From Nitrososphaerales archaeon (lineage in GTDB: Archaea; Thermoproteota; Nitrososphaeria; Nitrososphaerales; Gagatemarchaeaceae): 32,000 bases of DNA. Numbering within the stretch: position 1 is the first letter of the stretch; every line of letters starts with the position of its first letter. The notes under the pieces were generated by a model. That model searched no databases and was not told where the DNA came from. It saw nothing but the letters and a program-made list of their open reading frames with translations. Both the position numbers and the translations under genes were made by a program. This document shows positions 1 through 6,523 of the stretch, piece after piece. The stretch spans positions 17,096 through 49,095 of the forward strand of contig DASPOB010000029.1 in NCBI GenBank assembly GCA_035626235.1, in the 5' to 3' direction.

Positions 1-1605
1 TACGGGTGTCAGGACTCGGCCGGGGCCGGGATATACGTGGAGACGCCCGCCTCCGGTCTGTCGGCGGTCACAGTCTACGACAACACGGTGACCAACTACC
101 AGAAGGGTGGGATCGTGTGCAACTTCGCGGGCTCCAGCTGCACTATAACGGGTAACACCGTCTCCCCTCTGCCAGCCGCGACGGCAGCCAACGCGCCCAA
201 CGGCATTCAAATCGGTTACGGCGCGACGGGGACGGTTTCTGGCAACACGGTGAGCGGCAACGTCTGCACCATCCCTACATGCCTTTCGAGCAATATGATT
301 ACCTCGGCCGGCCCCTCAGTCGGCATACTGTTGTACGAGACCAGCGGCACCGTCCCCATCTCGGGAAACACTGTGACGGGGAACGACGCTGGCATCTTCC
401 TGGTGTATGACACTGGGACCGTCAACCCTGCCTCGAATGTGATCTCGGACAGCACATATGTGGGCGTCGTCGTATACGACGAAAGCCAGACAGTGGCCGG
501 AAACACGTTCTCGGGGAACCCCGTGGGAATAGAGGCCGTTTCAGACAATCCTGCCCTGCCCGCGACCGCATTTGTCAGCGGTAACTCTTTCTCAGGCGGC
601 GCTCCCTATTCGGTTGAGAATGTCACGGGGGCGAGCGCGCAAATCATCGTAGTGCAGACAACGACCACCACCTTGACCCAGACGCAGGTCTCGCCTACGA
701 CGATCACGACGACCACCGCTTCCCCGACAACGACGACCGAAACCCAGGTCACCTCGACCACTACGATATCCACGACCACGTCCCCGACCACTACGACGAC
801 GACCGAGACTCAGACGGAGGTTTCGCCTACGACCACCGTCTCCACGACTACGACAATATCGACTACCACGTCCCCGATCACGAGGACAGTCACGAACACC
901 GCCACTACGATGGCACTTTCGACTCTGACGAGGACGCAGACTCAGACTCTGTCCTCAACAGTCACTCAAACGCTGACCTCGTCCGCGACACTCACCCCGA
1001 CCACCTCCTTCCTGGTGCCGCCGCTCACGATCGTTTGCAGCCACAATTCCGTGGTCGTGGGGGGGACCATCAAGTGCGAAGCGAAGGTCCTCGCATCAAG
1101 CGCCCCGCCGACCGGAAAGGTCGTATGGTCGAGCAGCCTGCCTGGCCGGTTCTCGCCCGTTTCGTGCAAGCTCTCCAGATACATTGACTTCAGCATCTGC
1201 ATGGTGACATTCACCCCCAAGGTATCCAGCCCTCAGGTAGTTCTCACTGCGAAATACGGTGGTGACACTCACAACCAGCCTTCAATGGGGACATACAACT
1301 TGGCCGTAACTGCGAAGACGACGGAGACGACGGTGTCGTGCTCCCGCGGATACATTGTTGCAGGCTCCGCGTCCTTCACGTGCAAGGCAAGAATGGCAGG
1401 CTATTCCCCGACTGGAATTGTGACATGGGCACAAAGCGGCACGGGTGCGGTAGTTTTCGCCTCCAAGACATGTACCCTTTCGGGCGGGTCGTGCACGATC
1501 ACGATAACACCGTCGCGGTCTGGCTCGGTAATCATTGGAGCTTCATATCTGGGCGACAACGACAACCAGGACAGCGCCGGGACCATCAAGATCACAATCC
1601 AGTAG
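1..1605 (+). CDS. Secreted/surface protein, 5'-truncated by the window edge: parallel beta-helix (PbH1/NosD-like) repeats, a Thr/Ser/Pro-rich linker, and two C-terminal Cys-containing Ig-like domains
   Basis: Frame 1 is open from nt 1 (YGCQDSAGAGIYVETPASG...), so the N-terminus lies upstream. GNTVSGN / ISGNTVTGN / VAGNTFSGN / VSGNSFSG turns recur, as in right-handed beta-helix repeats. The central ~120 aa are almost pure T/S/P/Q. The C-terminal ~200 aa repeat a C..V..G....C.A.V....PTG.V.W...C.L....C pattern typical of Ig-like surface domains. TAG stop at 1603-1605; no C-terminal TM anchor. Confidence 0.8.
   Translation, partial: YGCQDSAGAGIYVETPASGLSAVTVYDNTVTNYQKGGIVCNFAGSSCTITGNTVSPLPAATAANAPNGIQIGYGATGTVSGNTVSGNVCTIPTCLSSNMITSAGPSVGILLYETSGTVPISGNTVTGNDAGIFLVYDTGTVNPASNVISDSTYVGVVVYDESQTVAGNTFSGNPVGIEAVSDNPALPATAFVSGNSFSGGAPYSVENVTGASAQIIVVQTTTTTLTQTQVSPTTITTTTASPTTTTETQVTSTTTISTTTSPTTTTTTETQTEVSPTTTVSTTTTISTTTSPITRTVTNTATTMALSTLTRTQTQTLSSTVTQTLTSSATLTPTTSFLVPPLTIVCSHNSVVVGGTIKCEAKVLASSAPPTGKVVWSSSLPGRFSPVSCKLSRYIDFSICMVTFTPKVSSPQVVLTAKYGGDTHNQPSMGTYNLAVTAKTTETTVSCSRGYIVAGSASFTCKARMAGYSPTGIVTWAQSGTGAVVFASKTCTLSGGSCTITITPSRSGSVIIGASYLGDNDNQDSAGTIKITIQ
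655..1010 (+). repeat. Thr-rich low-complexity coding tract with imperfect tandem units (ISTTTSP(T/I)T recurs about 90 nt apart)
   Basis: ACG/ACC/ACT codon runs are read directly. 'atatccacgaccacgtccccgaccact' (about 766-795) recurs as 'atatcgactaccacgtccccgatcacg' (about 856-885). Confidence 0.7.
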
Positions 1606-1746
1606 CCACCCGGGGGAGCACCGTCGTGGAGAGGGACGCATGGTTCTACTGCAGTCCCCCGGACTTGAGTCAAGTGCAGGTTCACCGGCGTGAAGGGAAA
1701 TGAACAATATTACACGAAAAGGTCGCATGTCTTGCATTGCGAAGGC

Positions 1747-1753
1747 ATTTATT
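1747..1753 (+). promoter_or_regulatory. Candidate TATA box (ATTTATT) upstream of the DUF2203-like gene
   Basis: This is the only A/T-rich heptamer in the 290-nt non-coding gap. The DUF2203 reading frame opens at 1776, about 26 nt downstream of the element centre. Confidence 0.35.
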
Positions 1754-1895
1754 CGAACGAGACGATGCGTCGTAGGCGAGTAGCAAAACGTCGTTCGACT
1801 CCGGGGAGGAAAGGCACTACTTTACTCCGCAGGAAGCTTCGAAGCTCCTCCCCGACATAAAGATACAGGTCAAGCAGCTCATCGAGCGCAAGAGG

Positions 1896-2207
1896 GTGGC
1901 CGGCCTGCTCAACGCGGAACTCCAGAGGTACAGTCTGATCGGGTTCAGGTCGGCGACGATGATGGAGAAGGCCGCCCAGCTCGAGACCCTAGTGGAGGAC
2001 ATGAAGAGAAGGGTTTCGGAACTCGAGGACTTCGGCGTCATAGTCAAGGACCTAGAATACGGGCTGGTCGACTTTCCCGCAGACCGGTACGGGGAGAACG
2101 TGCTGCTCTGCTGGAGGTATGGCGAACCCGAAGTCTCCTTCTGGCACAAGCCGAACGAGGGCTATAACGGAAGAAGGCCCCTGAGGGTGCAACTCATCCA
2201 GCCCTAG
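1896..2207 (+). CDS. DUF2203-family protein (coordinates from the first canonical start, GTG; similarity appears to extend upstream to about 1815)
   Basis: The C-terminal 'VKDLEYGLVDFPADRYGENVLLCWRYGEPEVSFWH' matches my recollection of DUF2203. The in-frame upstream translation 'HYFTPQEASKLLPDIKIQVKQLIERKR' looks like the family N-terminus, but contains no ATG/GTG/TTG. Confidence 0.7.
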   Translation: MAGLLNAELQRYSLIGFRSATMMEKAAQLETLVEDMKRRVSELEDFGVIVKDLEYGLVDFPADRYGENVLLCWRYGEPEVSFWHKPNEGYNGRRPLRVQLIQP

Positions 2208-3073
2208 TCTCGCAGGAGCTTCCGGGCGTTCCTGAAGAGGAGCTTCTCGACCACTTCCTGCTTGAGCTTCGGTCTGAGGTGGGCATCGAAATCGTCCATC
2301 CATTCCTGTTGCCTGAGCATCGGATAGTCGGTCCCGAAGAGGAACCTGTCGCTAAGGATTCCGTTCAGGTAGGGGAGCAGAGCCTGGGGGATGTACTTGG
2401 GCCTCCATCCTGACACGTCGACGAAGACGTTCGGGTTCCTCAAGGCTATGGCGACTGCGACGTCAGTCCACGGCCACCCGAAGTGAGCCATCACCAGCTT
2501 CAGCTTGGGGAACCTCTGGCAGACCTCGTCCAGGAACTCTGGCTTGCTGTATTTTATTTCGCAGTCGCCGAGGCCTGTCGTCCCTGTGTGGAAAAGGATG
2601 GGGAGCCCCTTCTCCTCGCAGAGGTCGTAGATGGGAAACATCTTGGCCTCGTTGGGGTAGACCGAATTCGCGCTACTGTGGATCTTGAGCCCTTTGGCTC
2701 CGAACCGCGCTACCGCCAGCTTCAGCTCTTTGAGCGCTTCGGCGCCTGCGTTGGGGTCCACTCCGGCGAACGGGATGAGCCTGTCGCCGGACCTGGCCGA
2801 GATCCTTGCGAGCTCCTCGTTTCTCATGGTATATTGCCTGAAATGGGGGTTCGGCGTTGCGTGGGTGTCCTGGCCAAGTATCACGGCCCTCGAGACGCCG
2901 GCATCGTCCATCCCCTCAAGCAGGTCGTCCATCGAGCTGGGCAGTCTCGCCACGTCCAGCCTGAAGAACCTGCAGGCCTTCATGATTGGGGGGTTCTTCC
3001 TCATGAAGCTTTTCGTCCAAGGGTGGACGTGGAAGTCTATCGACAACGGGGCCGCCAGACCCCGTTCCGCCAT
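2204..3073 (-). CDS. Amidohydrolase-2 family metal-dependent hydrolase (TIM barrel)
   Basis: 'SIDFHVHPW' metal-binding start, 'LKIHSS', 'LFHTG', 'VMAHFGWPW' and 'LFGTDYP' motifs. ATG at 3073; the ORF could extend to a TTG at 3109. Its TAG stop overlaps the stop of the convergent DUF2203 gene (CTAG at 2204-2207). Confidence 0.85.
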   Translation of the reverse strand: MAERGLAAPLSIDFHVHPWTKSFMRKNPPIMKACRFFRLDVARLPSSMDDLLEGMDDAGVSRAVILGQDTHATPNPHFRQYTMRNEELARISARSGDRLIPFAGVDPNAGAEALKELKLAVARFGAKGLKIHSSANSVYPNEAKMFPIYDLCEEKGLPILFHTGTTGLGDCEIKYSKPEFLDEVCQRFPKLKLVMAHFGWPWTDVAVAIALRNPNVFVDVSGWRPKYIPQALLPYLNGILSDRFLFGTDYPMLRQQEWMDDFDAHLRPKLKQEVVEKLLFRNARKLLRD

Positions 3074-3110
3074 TAAGCGTTTCCGCGGCAGGGGCCCAGA
3101 GGCAGGCAAG

Positions 3111-3117
3111 TTTTATT
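3111..3117. promoter_or_regulatory. A/T-rich TATA element (TTTTATT / AATAAAA) between the divergent amidohydrolase and bcp genes
   Basis: The centre lies 29 nt upstream of the bcp ATG (3143) and 40 nt upstream of the amidohydrolase ATG (3073). Confidence 0.45.
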
Positions 3118-3142
3118 GGGGGCCCGAAGTCGGCGCGCCCAC

Positions 3143-3616
3143 ATGAGCCACCCACATGAGCTAAAGGAGGGGGACGTGGCACCCGACTTCGAGCTGCCTT
3201 CGACGGAAGGCAATCCTGTTCGTCTGAGCTCCAAGAGGGGGAGCCAGGTCGTGTTGTACTTCTATCCAGCGGACGATACCCCGGGGTGCACCCGTGAAGC
3301 GTGCTCTTTTCGAGATAGCATGCCCAAGTTCGGCGGCATAGACGCCGTGGTTCTGGGGGTGAGCAAAGACTCGCTCGAGTCGCACAGGAAGTTCATCGAG
3401 AAGTACTCCCTCAACTTCACTCTTCTGAGCGACGAGGACCTCAAGGCGCACCGGCTGTACGACACGTGGAAGCAGAAGAGCATGTACGGGAGGGATTACT
3501 GGGGGACCGAAAGGTCCACCTTCGTCATCGACAAGAAAGGAAGGATAAAGAAGATCCTCCGGAAGGTGAAGGTCGACGGCCACGAGGTCGAAGTCCTGAA
3601 GGCCTTGAGCGCATAG
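3143..3616 (+). CDS. bcp: Peroxiredoxin, Bcp/PrxQ type (thiol peroxidase)
   Basis: 'VVLYFYPADDTPGCTREACSFRD' carries the peroxidatic and resolving Cys in a C-x4-C arrangement. 'GVSKDSLESHRKFIEKYSLNFTLLSD' is also present. ATG at 3143 is preferred over the TTG at 3116 because of the TATA spacing. Confidence 0.9.
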   Translation: MSHPHELKEGDVAPDFELPSTEGNPVRLSSKRGSQVVLYFYPADDTPGCTREACSFRDSMPKFGGIDAVVLGVSKDSLESHRKFIEKYSLNFTLLSDEDLKAHRLYDTWKQKSMYGRDYWGTERSTFVIDKKGRIKKILRKVKVDGHEVEVLKALSA

Positions 3617-3627
3617 GCAGGCGAAAA

Positions 3628-4362
3628 TTGGGCTCGTTCTTCGCCGGCGTGAAGGCCGGCACCCTCGGAGGGGCGGCCTACGTCGGGGGTCTCGCGCTCT
3701 TCAACGTCCTCGTCCTATACGCTCTCAAGGCCGACGTGCTCAACATCATCTCGCAGTCGTATCCGTCCCTCTGCAGCACGACCGCCGGCGCCAATTCCAC
3801 GGCGATCAGCGTGGAGGACTGCTTCTCCTCGGTGGTGGCGGTCTATGTCCCCTTCGCGGCCTTTCTCCAGTTCTTCGTCGTGATGGTTTACTCCGGGGTC
3901 TTCGGAAGCCTGTACGAATACTTCCCGGGGAAGGGCCCAGTAGCCAAGGGCGTCGTCATGGGTCTGCTGGTCGGAGTCAGCCTCCTGGCGCTCAACCTGG
4001 CCGGGATAGACTTCGACTTCGCGGCGAGGGTCGCAGTGAACACCTTCTTCGTGGTCTGGACCTTCGTATGCGGCGTCGCCATGGGGAAGCTCTACAGGCG
4101 ATACACCCGGCTAGTCCGATTCGTCAGCAGGGACGAAAGGGCCCTGAGAGTGCTGGTCGACAACAGGGACTTCACCGGGAAGGAGAGAACCTTTGCCCTG
4201 AGGTCCAGCCACGAAGTGAGGGCCGAGGCGAAGGAGGGCAGCTCCTTCAGGGAGTGGAGCGTCAGCGGCGGGGTCACGGTCGAGGACCCGCGGTCATTCG
4301 AGACAACGATGGAAGTCGAAGGGGACGGCGTGCTGATCGGGCAGCCGGGGACGAGAACTTAG
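3628..4362 (+). CDS. Hypothetical membrane protein (about 4-5 TM) with a soluble C-terminal domain of about 85 aa
   Basis: TTG at 3628 (or GTG at 3649) follows the bcp stop by 12 nt. Hydrophobic segments include GTLGGAAYVGGLALFNVLVLYAL, VVAVYVPFAAFLQFFVVMVYSGVF, VVMGLLVGVSLLALNLAG and VAVNTFFVVWTFVCGVAMG. The C-terminus 'RFVSRDERALRVLVDNRDFTGKERTF...' follows. The part of the 298-aa track ORF overlapping bcp is out of frame with bcp and is rejected. Confidence 0.6.
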   Translation: MGSFFAGVKAGTLGGAAYVGGLALFNVLVLYALKADVLNIISQSYPSLCSTTAGANSTAISVEDCFSSVVAVYVPFAAFLQFFVVMVYSGVFGSLYEYFPGKGPVAKGVVMGLLVGVSLLALNLAGIDFDFAARVAVNTFFVVWTFVCGVAMGKLYRRYTRLVRFVSRDERALRVLVDNRDFTGKERTFALRSSHEVRAEAKEGSSFREWSVSGGVTVEDPRSFETTMEVEGDGVLIGQPGTRT

Positions 4363-4398
4363 GCAAACGACGAACCCATCTTTCCAACCTGTCTACGG

Positions 4399-4405
4399 TT
4401 AAATA
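4399..4405 (+). promoter_or_regulatory. TATA box (TTAAATA) for the small Cys-rich ORF
   Basis: The centre is 27 nt upstream of the ATG at 4429, which is leaderless spacing. Confidence 0.45.
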
Positions 4406-4428
4406 CCCAAGTCGCAAGCGCGGGGCAA

Positions 4429-4581
4429 ATGCGCATACTAGCCGTTCCTGACGAGACCTATTGTCTCAAGTCTCACAGGCATCCCCGGGCGTGCAACGGA
4501 AGGAACCACGTCTGCTACAGGTGCGGGATGCTGCTTGGGGAGTGCGACTGCCCGGAGCTCGGGACTCTTCTCGACTACTGA
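4429..4581 (+). CDS. Small (50 aa) Cys/His-rich putative zinc-binding protein, below the ORF-track size cutoff
   Basis: My translation: MRILAVPDETYCLKSHRHPRACNGRNHVCYRCGMLLGECDCPELGTLLDY*. It has CxxC (CYRC) and CxC (CDC) pairs plus C-x9-C. Third codon positions are G/C-rich like the neighbouring genes, and a TATA box sits at -27. Confidence 0.45.
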   Translation: MRILAVPDETYCLKSHRHPRACNGRNHVCYRCGMLLGECDCPELGTLLDY

Positions 4582-5096
4582 GGCATCTGGGCGAAGGTCT
4601 CGGTCAGGCGCCTAAATCCCCGCTTCGTGTAGAAGCTCACCCCGATTTCATTGCGGACTGGCAGGTCCGCCACGATGATTTCGGCCCCCTTCTTCGTCAA
4701 TTCCCTGATCGTGGTCCGAAGGAGTTCCTGGCCCAGCCGGGCGCGCCTGTGCTCAGGGAGTATGTACATCTCGGTGATGTGGCCCTCCCTTGCGGGGCGG
4801 TAAAAGAGGCGCTCCTCGATCTCTGCCCTCACGACGCCAATCACTCTCCCGCCCGAGGTCGCCACCAGCAGCAGCGTGCCGCTCGACTCGAACGATGAGG
4901 CCAGATACTTCTCCGCCCTCTGCTTAGCGTCGGGGACGACCCCAAAAAGAGGGTCGAACTCATTGTTCAGCCTCTTCAGCCTGACGATCAGCTCGACGAT
5001 GTCCTTGGAATCGGCCTTCGACGCCTTTCTGATGCTTGGCGGGCCCGCGGATGCGGACCTCGGCGGATCCGTCTTGGGCCTATTCCGGGGGCTCAA
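4575..5096 (-). CDS. GNAT-family N-acetyltransferase
   Basis: 'IRKASKADSKDIVELI', 'GRVIGVVRAE' and 'ILPEHRRARLGQELLRTTIRELTKKGAEII...FYTKRGFR' form the acetyl-CoA-binding core. The start overlaps the malic enzyme 3' end by 17 nt on the same strand. Confidence 0.85.
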   Translation of the reverse strand: MSPRNRPKTDPPRSASAGPPSIRKASKADSKDIVELIVRLKRLNNEFDPLFGVVPDAKQRAEKYLASSFESSGTLLLVATSGGRVIGVVRAEIEERLFYRPAREGHITEMYILPEHRRARLGQELLRTTIRELTKKGAEIIVADLPVRNEIGVSFYTKRGFRRLTETFAQMPQ

Positions 5097-6459
5097 GGAT
5101 GACTCCCGACTCTCTGAGGGCGTCCATCGCCCTTCTAGAATGCTTGATCATCTCGGTGGCCGCGTCCAACAGTTCCTTCTTCGAGGCCCTCCTTCTCGCG
5201 TGCCCTTCTTTCACTGCCTGCGACCCTACTGTCGCGGCCACTTCTGGGTAGACCTTCCACTCGACCATCGTGGGCAGGATGTGGGTCTTGGACAGTCCCT
5301 TGTCCTTGGCGTGGCGCGCGAGCTCTCGCGCAGCGGCTATGACCATAGAGTCGGTGATAGTCCTCGCCCTCACGTCGAGAGCCCCCCTGAAGATTGCAGG
5401 GAAGAGGAGGCTGTTGTTCACCTGGTTGGGGAAGTCCGACCTCCCGGTGGCCACGATCTCCGCCCCTGCCTTCACCGCTTCCTGGGGCATCATCTCAGGG
5501 ACGGGGTTGGCGAGCAGGAACGCTATCGCCCGCTTGTTCATGACTGCAATTTCGCTCTTCTTGATGAGGTCGGGCCCGACTCCGGCGGCCGCGATGAGGG
5601 CGTCCGCCCCGGTCAGCGCCTCCTTCAGCCCTCCCTTCACCCTGTCCCCGTTCGTCTTGATCGCCAGCTCGTACTTCCATCTGTTCTTCACCATCAGTTG
5701 GTCTATGTCGTCTCGCTCTGGATGTAGAATGCCCCGGGAGTCCAGCATGATCAAGTCCTTCGGGTCAGCACCGGCGCCCATCAGGAGTCTAGCAGTGGCG
5801 AGGTTGGCCGCGCCGCTCCCGAACAAGACGATCCGCGAGCCCCTGAGCTTCCGTCCGGTAAGCTCGAGGGCGTTGAAGAGTCCGGCTATCGACACGCCAG
5901 CGGTCCCTTGCTGGTCGTCGTGCCACACCGGAATGCTCAGTTCGCCTCTGAGCCTGTCCAGTATCTCAAAGCACTTCGGAGACTCTATGTCCTCTAGGTT
6001 GATTCCACCGAAACTGGGCTCAAGGGCCTTCACCAGGCTGATGATCTGCTCCTGATCGCGGGCCCTCACCGGGAGCGGGAACGCGTCGACCCCGCCAAGG
6101 TATTTGTAAATCAGGGCCTTCCCCTCCATTACCGGTAGGGCCCCTTCTGGTCCTATGTTCCCTAGGCCCAGGACCCTGCTCCCGTCGGTGATTATTGCGA
6201 CGCTGTTCCATCGGCCGGTAAGCTCGAATGACAGCTCAGTGTCGCCGGCTATCGCATCTGAAACGGCTGCCACGCCGGGGGTGTACCATATGCCGAAGTC
6301 CTGAAGGGACCTTACTGGGACCTTCGGGGCGACGCCCACCTTGCCCGCATAGAACTTCGAATACGAGAGGGCTTTCTTGGCGTCGTCACCCTCAGGAGCC
6401 TCCTTCAATGGGGCACCGAGCCTGCAAGCACTATTTGAAGCTCTTGAACCAGAGGGCAA
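5080..6459 (-). CDS. NAD(P)-dependent malic enzyme (short form, oxaloacetate-decarboxylating)
   Basis: 'DFGIWYTPGVAAVS', 'AIITDGSRVLGLGNIGPEGALPVMEGKALIYK', 'GGINLEDI', 'VWHDDQQGTA' and the Rossmann 'IVLFGSGAANLATARLL'. Confidence 0.9.
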   Translation of the reverse strand: MPSGSRASNSACRLGAPLKEAPEGDDAKKALSYSKFYAGKVGVAPKVPVRSLQDFGIWYTPGVAAVSDAIAGDTELSFELTGRWNSVAIITDGSRVLGLGNIGPEGALPVMEGKALIYKYLGGVDAFPLPVRARDQEQIISLVKALEPSFGGINLEDIESPKCFEILDRLRGELSIPVWHDDQQGTAGVSIAGLFNALELTGRKLRGSRIVLFGSGAANLATARLLMGAGADPKDLIMLDSRGILHPERDDIDQLMVKNRWKYELAIKTNGDRVKGGLKEALTGADALIAAAGVGPDLIKKSEIAVMNKRAIAFLLANPVPEMMPQEAVKAGAEIVATGRSDFPNQVNNSLLFPAIFRGALDVRARTITDSMVIAAARELARHAKDKGLSKTHILPTMVEWKVYPEVAATVGSQAVKEGHARRRASKKELLDAATEMIKHSRRAMDALRESGVILEPPE

Positions 6460-6523
6460 CGGAACTGCGTCTCAAGCTTCAGAAGCGGGCGGATTCGGCC
6501 AGTGACGAAGTTTCTTCCCGCTC

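Noticed and set aside
1640-1700. A possible tRNA or small RNA gene, suggested by GGTTC-containing sequence in the long intergenic region
   Set aside because: I could not fold an acceptor stem, an anticodon arm or a GTTCRAATC T-loop on either strand.
3466-3627. The 5' extension of the 298-aa membrane-protein ORF across the end of bcp
   Set aside because: It is highly charged (R/E/K/G), lies out of frame inside bcp, and precedes the first TM segment. A TTG or GTG start just after the bcp stop is more parsimonious.
6460-6523. A possible terminator hairpin (AGCGGG...CCCGCT) between the ATPase and malic enzyme genes
   Set aside because: The stem is only 6 bp with a loop of about 25 nt and no T-tract. 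This is too weak to call.
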